Shown piece by piece: positions 26,501 through 38,201 of a stretch of DNA of 64,000 bases. This DNA comes from Blasia pusilla (Eukaryota). How positions within the stretch are numbered: the first letter of the stretch is position 1; each line of letters starts with the position of its first letter. The stretch spans positions 48,670,001 through 48,734,000 of the forward strand of contig CM114271.1 in NCBI GenBank assembly GCA_050084515.1. Reading direction: 5' to 3'. A program made the translations under genes and the position numbers. The notes below the pieces were generated by a model. The model saw nothing but the letters and a program-made list of their open reading frames with translations. It ran no database searches and was not told the DNA's origin.

Positions 26501-28594
26501 TGGATAAGCACGATACTGAAACCGAGTTCTCAATTGCAAAGTTTAGCACGGGAGTGTGATGGCACGATTATTGATGTGAGAGAGAGTTTGAAGTGTCCCA
26601 TTTAGTCCTACTACTCACGCCAAGCAGGGTTCTAGTAATAGAATTCAACAATGGGCTGAAGCTCACCGCATTAAAGGAGAAGGGAGACCTACAATAGGCT
26701 GGTCCCCTCTCTCTCTTCTAAAAGATTAGCAAACAAATATGTAGAATCTGCGTTACAAATTCTCCCGAGTAATGTAACTGTGAAAATTCGAGGGAGAGCT
26801 ATGAAAGAAAGACTGAGCAAGCTCTATGGTATTAAGTCTTGCAATGCACAAAGGGAGATTTATTCTTGCAGCGAGTGGAGTTCACTCTCACTTGTGTTGT
26901 CACAAATCACAAGAGCGTCACTATGTCATACCCGCAATCTCGGCCGACTGCACCCTACAGCTGCGTCTTGTATGTCCATCTCAATTTGGCTTCTTATAAA
27001 CTCTCCTACTACTTTTGGAAATGCAGAATATGAAATGAAACAAGTCACATAGCAAGGGGACTCAGAGATTTCTACCATTGCCTCTTCCATGTCTTTTGCT
27101 TTTCAATAAATACACTCGACTACCTACAAGGTAGGTCCTCTCCACTACTTTGTCGAAACTTGTCAATCTCCCCTTTATACTTAATACAATAGCCGAGAGA
27201 GAGAGAGAGAGACTTTTGATCCGATGCATCCAAAGACGGAAAAATAAAGGCCATGCATCCACCGGAAAAAATAAAGGCCATGAAAAAACAGTAAGAGCAT
27301 TTGAACAAAAAAAATGCAAGAATGGGACGTGAATAATTCCTACCTATTGACGCTAAGCAGCAAGGTGCGCATATTGAGATACTCATAAGTTTTGAGAGCT
27401 TCACCGATGATCATTCTTGAGTGGCTCCGGAGGGTCAAGAATCACAAATGGCTCTTTGAAAATTGAAACACCCTTTCTTGTTAAATTCTCTAGTCCAAAC
27501 TGTACCCTCGATCTCCTATCACGGACCCTAGACCTCCTACCGCCATGCACTTGGCCCTAATTGAAGCTGTTACAATCCATTGATATCAATAATCTAATGG
27601 TCCCAAAAAGTTTCACTAATCAATCTCACATGGAGATAGACAAGGGAAATTAAGTGCATGATTTCTAAAGGGCTCTATATAGTTTCCTTTGAGCCCCATC
27701 TCACTTTTCACCATTGGATTTTCCTATAACTTGGAGGATTTTTTCATGTTTGCATTATTAGAGCAATCAACTATTTAGATCTTCTTTTGGAATTTCTTCT
27801 AACTTCAAGTATCCATACACTACCATTAGGGTTACATTATAGAAAATGAATTGTTTATGTATGATGTTATTGCATATTTAATGATGATTTTGTATTTATT
27901 TCTATATTTTTATATTCATTTAATTCTGACCATTAAGAAGATGACACATCGCAACATAGGATACTAAGTTCCCTATAGTAGATTTGTAATTATTTGTACC
28001 GGCCTTCCAATTATTTGGACCCTATATTATAATAGGACCTAAAAAAATTCTTTTAGTCTTTTCGCAACTAATTGCTTAATTATAATTCGCCCCTTTTTTA
28101 AATTAAAAAACCCCTTTCGCCGTACTCACATGAAATACTAATATCCTCATGTGACATCCCCGAGCAATCGAGGTCTAATGCATGTTTGTAGCATTTTGCC
28201 CTAGCCTATGTTTGAGGGCTTAACTCTTGAAATGAGAACTTATCTAAGCCTTCCCTTGAGGTTTATCCCTCTCAAGGCCCCCAAGGCTCCAAAAAGATGA
28301 CCTTTGCACACAATTCATCTCGACCTACACATACAACATTTTCCTACCAAATCAATAACTTGCAAGAAACCTCCAAGAAAGTTCCCAAAGGATGACCTAT
28401 GCACATAGGTCACCAAGGGAGTCCAAAATGTCAATCTTGGCTTCTATTTTGACCCTCATAACCAAATATGTGCCAACAGGGAACATCAAAACTCTAGTAT
28501 ATTCACACTAGGATGGAAGCAAATCGGAGTCTCATGAGTGAAACATGAGTTGCATAAGCAAGACAAGAGCTAGGATAAGAGCCTTAATGGGCAT

Positions 28595-28700
28595 TGTCGT
28601 GCGAATCCACATCGTCATACAACATACATCGATGACATACCATACTCACATACATACATAACATAGACAAGAGCATACACAAACACAAGTGTACCACAAC
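28595..28700 (-). repeat. Terminal repeat A, outer copy
   Basis: Near-identical to 29071-29176 (tgtcgtgcgaatccacatcg...gtgtaccacaac). Confidence 0.95.
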
Positions 28701-29068
28701 TGAAATCCGTGAAAGACCTACAGTCATAAAACACGTATAGAATCACATACAATCGAGCCAAATCCACTCCACGATGGGAGAATCCAAGTCAAAGCTTGCA
28801 GGAACCACCATAGCCAAGAGCTCTACTCACTACCAAGGCTAACTCCCAACACAACAGGCTCAACTCAAAGAACTAACTGTTCTTTGAGTGCACTCCATAC
28901 TATATCCTCCAACCTAAGAGCGGGTCCTACTGGAAAAGTCACCCTCAACTGAGTAACCCCCAACCCTATGTATGAAACCGCATCTCTACCTAGACACTAC
29001 GGCCCTACATAAGGTATGGCCTCTATTAGCACACTATACTCTACAACGTAATCCGTATGGTCATGACT
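28701..29068 (-). repeat. Terminal repeat B, 3' copy
   Basis: Collinear with 38202-38569; differences are mostly transitions. Confidence 0.95.
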
Positions 29069-29070
29069 GC

Positions 29071-29176
29071 TGTCGTGCGAATCCACATCGTCATACAATA
29101 TACATCGCTGACATATCATACTCACATACATACATAACATAGACAAGAGCATACACAAACACAAGTGTACCACAAC
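29071..29176 (-). repeat. Terminal repeat A, inner copy, preceded in element sense by a polypurine tract
   Basis: Duplicate of 28595-28700; the minus strand reads AGGGGGGTGA immediately before it (about 29177-29186). Confidence 0.92.
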
Positions 29177-29349
29177 TCACCCCCCTAACTGGCAGTTAGG
29201 TCCCTCTAACTCCCAGGTAGCCCTATACATCTACTACATGCTATACACCTTCTTGGATGTACGAATCAGAAGGCCGGGTGCTAGGTTGCCCCATCGTTAG
29301 TCGCATATCTGTAATCCATATCACGCAAAGATTAAGTCATCTACCTCTC

Positions 29350-30550
29350 CTAAGTACATCGAGGACAAACCCACCTTCCAGTAGGAACAACATCCATACG
29401 TGGAGTCAAACATATCATGTGCCAACCCCTAGAACACCGATCACACACCAACATACGGGTTGCGTTACCAGCAGACCCACACAACATGCACCTCAAGCTA
29501 GCACGTATCATGGCTAAGCTTGGGTCAACAGTACCATCCAGATTTGGAAGATGACATGGCGCACAATTACGCACATGGGCCTTCCAAACAACTCCATCAC
29601 AACCCTCCAACATGAGAACTCCAAAAGCTAGCACCTCGCGCACTCATAAAATAGTGCGGCCCGCCGTCACATCCAACGTTGTCGGTGCAATCTGCTGCAA
29701 ATAGACATAGTCCCTCACATGGAACCTACGAATCAATGGTCGATAACCTCTACCCCGAATGGTTGCATACCGCAACGTATCCCTATGTTGAGCCATGGCA
29801 AGATTCTCAAAGGCTGTTGGCATAACTCTCCGAAAGAAATCTGCCCGCTGAGAACACACTCTCATCCACATCTCTGGGTCATCAAGGTTCACCACCTCAC
29901 TAGACTCCCGACGAATTGCTGCTGGCAAGTCTGGATCTCGGCCGTATAACAGAAAATAAGGTGAGAAGGAAGCCAAGGATGCTTGGCGACTGAACCTATA
30001 CCCCATGGCTAGCCATAGCAACTGAATATCCCCGTCTCCAAGATGCCCCTTCTGTAGGCTATACTTGCGCAATGCCCTCTTCACCGTCTGAACCACACGC
30101 TCAGCCAAACCATCCGCCTCTGGATGATCTCGAGACGTGGTCCGATGATCAATCAACGCCTTGTCACACAAGACTTGAAACTTACCCTGAAACTTTGTAC
30201 CCTGGTCGGTCAGTACTTCAGCAAGTGCACCAAAATGACTAAGCACTCTATCAAGAAACGCATACGCCGTTCTCTCACTTGCCTTGTCAGGTAATGCCAC
30301 CATCTCAATCCACTTGGAGAAGTGCTCCACCATCACCAACACATATCGATGATGTCGTACAGTCAACGGTAACGGTCCCGCAAAGTCCCCACTCCAACGA
30401 TAATCCAACCCCATAATAGGCAAGGGGTGTAACTATGGTGTAGGGGCATTGAATGATGCCCTCACCCGGTCACAAACCATACAACGTGACACCAACTGTT
30501 GCACCTGAGTATGCATGCCACGCCACCAATACTAACCAAGGAGCAAGCTA
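29350..30550 (-). pseudogene. DDE integrase with C-terminal PHD finger
   Basis: DFAGPLP, LTDQG, GLAERVV (29644-30423); CMLCG..LVCDRCSRGWHMICL..WVCPRC (29350-29643). Confidence 0.92.
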
Positions 30551-30759
30551 TTCCTACGGACCAGTAGGGTGCCAGACATAGTGAATGGCAAGGAGCTAGA
30601 CCGTGTTCTTCAACGTGCTAAGAGGTATCGATTGGAGGGAACACATATTCTCCGTGTGTGGGAGGATGGTAGAGTACGAGTAGTGTTGCATTTGGCTCAG
30701 AGAGAGCGCATTGTGCGACATGCCCATAAAGAGTTGGGACATTTTGGGGTAAAGCGCAT

Positions 30760-32640
30760 CATCATGAATATCACGCTGATCCGTACAACCATCTCCAACC
30801 TTAGGATCTGAAGGCTGGCCATCTACCCTCTGACAAGAGTAAGATGTCAAGTGGTCCTCCATACTAGAGTCCACCCCTAACCAACATAAAAAGGCGGATG
30901 CATGCCAACCTCGCACCATCTCCTCATCAACCTCGCCATGCCATCTGGCCCCAGTTGCATCCTCTTGGCTAGTACATGGGTTCCTACTCAACCCATCATC
31001 ATCAAGGTTGGCAACTTCAGGTCCATGTACCATCTGGAAGTCATACTCCTGTAAGATAAGAGCCCACCGTGCAAGCTTCCTTGTAAGCTTGCAGACTCCA
31101 TCAACCACTTGAGCGGCTGATGATCAGTAACAAGGGTAAACTGTGTGCCAAACAAGTAACACCTAAAGTGTGCCACCGCCCACACTACTGCCAAGCACTC
31201 TCCCTTATATGAACTAAAGCGCAACTCCGTTGCATTATTCGAACGACTTGCATAGGCCACCACAAACTCCATGTGCTCATCATCATGTTGTGTCAACACC
31301 GCTCCAAGTCCCAACGTACTCCAATCAGTGTGTAACTGAAATGGGCGCCCTCTGATAGGTATCCTCAATATAGGCGCCGCCACCAACTAGGCCTTGAGCT
31401 CCACAAAAGCTCTCTCCTGATCATCTCCCAAGTGCTACTCTTGATATGATTTCAGAAATTGGTTCAAAGCCTTTGCCATAGCACTAAATCCCTTCACATA
31501 CCTCCGATAGTAGTTCGCCAATCTCATGAATGCCCGAACTCTACTCACATATACCGGACGCGGAATAAGTGCAATAGCCTCCACCTTTGCTTGCTGAACT
31601 CCCAAACCACCGGGATAGATCACATGACCCAAGTACTCAAAATCCTCATGGAAGAACTTACACTTTCCTCGATGCAAACGTAGACCATGAGCTTTCAACC
31701 GCTCAAACACAATCTGCAAATGTATCTGATGCTCCTCCACCGTGTTACTGAACACCAAGATATCATCAATGTAACACCGAAAAAAATCCAACCCTGCTAG
31801 GATCCTGTCCATCACTCTCTGAAACTCGGCATGTGCATTCTTCAACCCAAAGGGTAAGAACTTACACTTTCTTGGATGCAAACGTAGACCATGAGCTTTC
31901 AACCGCTCAAACACAATCTGCAAATGTATCTGATGCTCCTCCACCGTGTTACTGAACACCAAGATATCATCAATGTAACACCGAACAAAATCCAACCCTG
32001 CTACGATACTGTCCATCACTCTCTGAAACTTGGCATGTGCATTCTTCAACCCAAAGGGTAAGAATTTCCACTTGTACAAACAATCCTTGCCATGAGAGTT
32101 GACACCCCAAAATGTTGTGTTGGCCTTGTCCCTCTCTCGAATCGGCAATTGATGGTATCCTGCCTAAAGATCCAAAGTACTGAAAATATTTGCGTGTCCC
32201 ACCACATGTATAGGCATGGCATACTTATCGGCCTTGGTTTGCCGATTGATAGGACGGTAATCTCCACACATCCGCCTATCCGTGTAGTTGCCATGCATAT
32301 AATTTTTAGCAGGCATGACAGTGGCTGGTGCATACTCTCTATGCGATAACTCCACTAATCCAGCCTCCAAAAGGTCCAACGTCCTACTCTGAATCAGGTC
32401 CCTCTCCATATCACTATATCGGTAGGGACAACGGAAGATTGGCGTATCACTAGCCAAATCAATCCGTATACCGGGTCCAACCAGAGCACCCAACTCCTTC
32501 ATGCTAAAGGCAAAACAACTCCTATAAGCACGTAGGAATTGTGTCAAGCGTCGTTTCTCACCTCCCGTAAGCTTGGGCCCAAGTAATGGCTCCCAAGTCT
32601 CCTCCACTGGCGCACTAGAGGGAGAGGACGATGCCATTGG
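30760..32640 (-). pseudogene. Reverse transcriptase and RNase H
   Basis: RMCGDYRPIN, STLDL, LPFGLKNA, CYIDD (twice), HTDWSTLGLGAVL, TDHQPLKWL. Confidence 0.95.
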
Positions 32641-32899
32641 CTGCTACGTAACCCCCTCACAAGATGGTACACCCTTAGCTACACCATCATCTGAGCAAAT
32701 AACTCCTCCACCAGCATGAGCAACCAACTCCACATGCCCAGCCATTACATCCCATTTACTCCAAGGATGCAAAATACTACTCTCCTCGCCCCCAACCGAT
32801 GCCTGTACGGTCCTGGTAGGCATGGAGCTCATTACAAGGGATGGAAGACCCACAGACATAGTCCGAAGTCGACGCGGCTTGGCCATACCAAGACTCAAA

Positions 32900-33830
32900 A
32901 TCCAAGTCAAACAATTCAGATCCATGGCCTGACCCAACACATGACGTCGTGAAGCCTCAAAAATGGAAACAACCGTTGTCACACCAGTAGCAAATCCCAT
33001 CGCACGCTCTCTCTCATCAGCATTAGGCTCCACCAACTGTCGCACATGAGAATCCCATACAAGCCCGGGACCACCTTCCCTGTAGGCATGTGACGAGGGA
33101 AAACTCACAAATGTGGGTAGTGCCATCCTAGGCTGGCCCACACGGTTCACCACTGCCATGGGTGACCAATCAATAACCCTCACCACTTGAGAAAGTCGCC
33201 AAGATCAAGATACTATCCATCAGAAGGCAAGGATCATTGACGGCATCATATGCTCGATGTAGAACCTCCCTAGGCAACAAGTTTTTCCACCACAAGCGTG
33301 GACGATGTGCACGGGAGCCAACTCGCGCTGCATCCAACAACACCGCTGGTCCAATCCAAGACCACACCTCATGAACACTCGCCATCATCCGGGTCCAAGT
33401 GTCACCCAACAATGGAACATTCTCCAGAATGTAAGCTGGAGCACGTGCTTGATGAACCTGAATATGTCGTAACATCTCCCAAAACAATCGAGACCTAGGG
33501 TCGTGTAATCCCTCACCACGACCAGCACGTGTATGACCCTGACATGGCCATCCAGCAATCACCAAATCCACAGGACCAACCCTCTCAAGGTCCTACGCCC
33601 CCAACAATGCAATGTGTGACGGCAAAGCATGCTGGTACTCACGAACAGCTGATGGCGGAAACAACTCAGGATATCTCCGCATCAACTGACCGATATGTCA
33701 GGATGAGACTCTCTGGACCGTCTCATCTCACTCCACATACATGTATCTCCGCACAGGAATACCGGTCTGCAACACTGCAACCAAACCAATGCTAATCCCA
33801 CCAAAGAGATCTAACACACAAATGCCCTCC
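32900..33830 (-). pseudogene. DNMT3-like C5 cytosine methyltransferase domain inside pol
   Basis: Motif I VLDLFGGISIG..YVE; motif IV DLVIAGWPCQG; motif VI YILENV; motif VIII RAHRPRLWW; motif IX ERERAMGF; motif X RRHVLGQAM; canonical order. Confidence 0.92.
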
Positions 33831-34234
33831 GTCGGATACTGCCATACAATGGGTTTAGTATCCAAAGGGGATAACCCAACTAGACGAGAAGTAGGAGTTC
33901 GCCATGGGGCATCCTCTTCCTCGTGAGATATAATAGCCTCACACCAAGCCTCCTGCACTAGGCGATCAGCCTCCTGCCGTAGTGCACCGCCTGAACTCCA
34001 AAGTGGCACATCCAACAATGAGGATGCCACTGCTGCAAAACTAGGGACCTCCTCTACCTCCTCATGCACAGGAGAATCCATAGCAAAAACATTACCCTCC
34101 AAAAAGTCTCCTGGCCAAGTGACTATTCCACTAAAACTAGCCACAGATGCTAACACCGTTGGGGAAGACCCTCCTGGTCGAGCCCCATAAATAAATCTCA
34201 CAGGAACTTGGCTCATACGTCCATCCCCGGACTG

Positions 34235-34726
34235 TCAACCAGGTCTATAAGACACTGTCTCAGTCCAGTAATCCATCTGAAAACCCATCGGGTACAATAC
34301 TACTCCTCCAACTAGTACATCATACGACTTGGCTGATATGACCATTGCAGGTACTCCCAACCGGGAGCTATCAGTCGCATGATGTGGTCTCAACTGTACA
34401 GAAAACTTCTCCCGTGTCATGAATTGAGACCTATCATTGGCTCCTCCAAGTGATGTTTGAATCTGGAATGGGTAAGGCTCAAGCTCTAACATCCGAATAC
34501 CCAAACCAATACATGCCGCCTTTCCCAACATCAAAGGTTGGGCACCAGAGTCTAACAAGACTCTATCTGGTCTATACACCTGTCTTGTAGGACTCACCAA
34601 TCGGAATATTCCACTTTGGTTGTCCAACATACATACACCAGGTGTAAGCCTCTCACGATCAATGGCTTGCCAGGCTGGTAATGCATCCATCTTCGCCGCC
34701 GCCGCCAAGTAGCAAGTGGTACTCAA
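34235..34726 (-). pseudogene. Retropepsin aspartic protease
   Basis: VLLDSGAQ active-site motif and YDVLVGG. Confidence 0.85.
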
Positions 34727-35419
34727 TGCTACACCGACATAGAGGGTCGCTCCACCGCAACACCCTCATCCACCTCAAAGACGTAGCGATAATACCCCAC
34801 GTTCACACAACGTGGCTGCTAGCTGAAATACAGGAGCTAAGTCAACTCCTAAAGCCATCAGTTCCATGGCCGAAAACAATGGGGATCCCAACACTGAAGT
34901 TGTCATCCGCAATACTGCACTGGATGTTGCATCTGTGTCTACTACACGCGATGTAGATGCCTCAGTCCCCACTGTCACCTCAATAGGCTGCGTAGGAACC
35001 ATGGATGGAGTCCTAAGCACCTTAGACAACAAGAATGACTGGGGAAGCCTAGCCTGCCTCCCAGCCTCACCCCTCTGTGGGTCCAAATCTACAGTAGCAC
35101 CACGTGGCTTTGACGCTTGAGTGGCTCCTCTCGTAACTGCAGCTGATGCCTCAACCTGTGCTGCACTCGCCATATAAGAGAGATCATCCCCTCCATAAGA
35201 GGTGGAAGCCCTTGCTTCCGAACCTGATCTGTGTTGGATACCAGCCATAGTAGCCAACTTTTGCTCCAACTGCTCAATCCTGGCAGCCATAGCTGACTCT
35301 GTCGTAGTCGTAGGGGTAGCCACAGTAGGCTCTCCAACCACTGATCCACCTCTACCATCCCTACCACCTCTACCACCTCAGCCTCTCAGAGCTACTCCAC
35401 CACGGCCGCGGCCTGATCT

Positions 35420-36700
35420 CAACTCTGGATGAAGATCAAAGCAACGCTCTCGAGGAGGACCTGGTCTCCCGCAATGATCACACTGAGTTGGGGCCGACTG
35501 AGGCCCATCCTCCAAAGTCCGTCTCCCATCCTCTTGGGGATAAAACTTCCTAACATGATCACCTCCACATGTCCAACACGACTGTTCTTGCTGCGGGCCG
35601 GTGCAGCAAAGGAAGGCAATGGTCTCTGCGCAAGTGTCCCTCTAGGACCTGACTGAGGTCGTGTGTACCCCCCATGACTCCCACTACTACTACCACCACC
35701 ACTACTACGAGACTGTGAGGTGGGCTACTGAACACGAGAAGTAGTAGTTGTATCCCTACTGAATGCGGATGTCACCACTCTCTCCTTCACCATGTTAAGC
35801 TCAATCTTTTTAGATAGAGCAAACACATGGGTCAATGTGGGTGAATCATCACTCATAAGAGTAGCATCACGTACCCTACGGTGCAACTCTCTGTCCAAGA
35901 TCCTATACTAAAACTGGACTGCCTAAGCCTCAGTCACACCCTAGGTAACTGAAATCAAGCGTCGCATACAAGTGTATGCCTCACGAAGACTCTCACCAGT
36001 CTTTCGCTCAAATTCCTGAAGACTTCTCAACTTCTCTGTCTTCACTCCCTGATAGTTCTTCTTCAACATCTTGAAGAACTCTGCAACCGGGCTAAACGAT
36101 GGTGGGGCACTAGTACCCCCATTGGTACCTCCATCGATACCTCCACTGGTACCCCCACTCCGGCTCGTACTCGTACCACTCAACGTCGGGCTGGCTGGCA
36201 TAGTAGGAGCACTACTACCAATACCACCATAGGTGATAGACACATAGCCTGGAGACCAATATTGTCTCCACGCCTCAATCTCAGCAATATGGTCCTTCCT
36301 AAACTCATGGTAATCTTCCATGGGTGGTCCCTCCAAGTGCTGAAACAACCCCTTCCAAGCCAAGAAGGGTGTAAACAACGTGGCGTTCCGCAACATCTGC
36401 ATATCACACCACGTATCAAACTCCTACATGAAGTCCTCCAACTCAATGGTGCCCACTCCACCCGAGTATCGTCGTGGGCCCTTCATGGCCCCATATATCC
36501 CATCCATGTCCCAAATCAATGGAGCTGCAACACTCGATAACAACGTAGAAGACTCGGTGTTTGGAACATCCTCGTCCTCCTCTTCATCAACCGTCGGAAG
36601 TGGAAAAGGTAGCCGATACCTAAATCCACTCCGTGTGAAACCACCACTATCCGCACCACGGTCCCCAACCAGACCACCCGACAGCTCCGTGATGACCAAC
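35420..36700 (-). pseudogene. Gag-like ORF with two degenerate zinc knuckles
   Basis: LQEFERKTGESLREAY (retrotransposon gag-like); CWTCGGDH and CDHCGR..ERC read on the minus strand at about 35440-35580. Confidence 0.75.
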
Positions 36701-37258
36701 GCCGATGCCGCACCACCACTAAATTACCACCACTAAGTAACCAAGTGACGTCGATGTCGCTGTACTATTCTAGCTCTAATAGCTATGGATGTAGGCAACC
36801 TAACCTGTCAGCACCACAAGAAGCCTCCCACGGTCTACTCGTCATCACTCCACCCTCACTACCGGTAGCACACAGGAGTAACACTACTCTGGAAATCAGC
36901 GTCAACCCTAACAATGGGCGCGCAAGCAAGAAGCAACGATGGAGGGGATCCAAACACAGGAAGTCCAACGACAACCCTCCAATCAAAAATGGGAATCAAG
37001 GTAACACAATCCACCAAACGTGGCGCCCCCTGAATCCACAGAACCCATCCCATTAGTCTAACGCAATAGCTACTCCGCCACAGGTCGATGACGTGCTAGT
37101 CGGACTCACAGCACTTGAAAATATGAACTGTATGGAGAAGCTACACCATACTATGCGCTAGAGGTCCATCAACCAAAAAAATTGAGATGCATAAAGTGCC
37201 TAACACATCTCCGAACAACACCAAATGAGCTACACCACTGTGTACACTGGCATAGTTA

Positions 37259-37311
37259 AGAACTCAGCAGTTAAGCGTCTTCCAGGCAGAATAGCCTAAA
37301 GATGGGTGACC
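37259..37311 (+). promoter_or_regulatory. 5S rRNA internal-control-region-like segment (A box, IE, C box), antisense within the element 5' leader
   Basis: AGAACTCAGCAGTTAAGCGT...GATGGGTGACC aligns without gaps to the plant 5S core as recalled from memory (about 39/53 by hand); A-to-C box spacing is preserved. Confidence 0.7.
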
Positions 37312-38201
37312 AGTTATACAACACGCAAATCACAAATCCTACAAAAATTGCCTCACGCCCAAGCAAGCAAGCTTGCTTTCTTGCTCCTTGCTCCTTGCTC
37401 CGCCTCTCACGCCCACTCGCCCCGAGCTACCACGAGTTGCCTCGAAGCCTCAAAATGCTCGAGATATGCCCTGTTCGCCATGCTTTGCTATGGAGAGAGG
37501 CCCAACCAGGGCGCCCCCAATGGGATAGGCGTCTCCAACAACCAACAAGTCACCAACCAACCAACCCCTCCGATCCGTTGTCCACCATAGCCAGACCTTG
37601 AGCTAGTCCGCAAAATTTCTATCAACAATTACTCCACAAATACTCAACCAAAATTGAATCTATTTTGAAAAATTCAATTGACCACCATAGCTATCTCTCC
37701 CCAAAAAATCAGCTACAACTGAGCTCCGTACTCTGAGTTAAAAATCATACAAACTTGTTGTCCATACACCTCAAGAATCGTAAATCCGACCGCGCTTCCG
37801 CCCAGATTCATGCACGCAGAAATCCGCAATGCTCCACACACTCAAGCAGATAGCTTCACATAAGATCACAATACAAGTAGCAACAGGAACCTCTCACCCG
37901 ATTTGGATGAACTTCAACACAGCTTCCGCACTCCAAGCTCTCCATATCAGAAAACCGTCGAACACGAACCAGAATCTTCAATCCTTGATAACTTCCAAAT
38001 CCCTTGACGAAATCCGGCGATCTAAAGCGCGTTGGAAAGCTCTCAGCAAGGCGCTTCTTTCCCAATCAATCACGCACCAAATTCCTACCTCCAACATAGG
38101 CCACAAGCCACGAACATCCACGGCTGAGTACACAATCAGCCCTAACCAGATCCTACTGATCCACAATCGAAGCTACCATCCATCTACTCTAGTTCTTTGA
38201 G

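Noticed and set aside
24600-27500. Possible gene or LTR element
   Set aside because: Short ORFs without recognisable motifs; no termini or TSD that I could support
32900-33830. Host DNMT3/DRM gene or bacterial restriction-modification contamination
   Set aside because: Intronless, embedded between protease and RT in several dispersed copies, with no host regulatory domains or endonuclease partner
37129-37320. Nested Cassandra-like solo LTR around the 5S-like segment (TGTAT...ATACA), or a functional 5S rRNA gene
   Set aside because: No matching TSD, and only about 53 of the roughly 120 nt of 5S are recognisable
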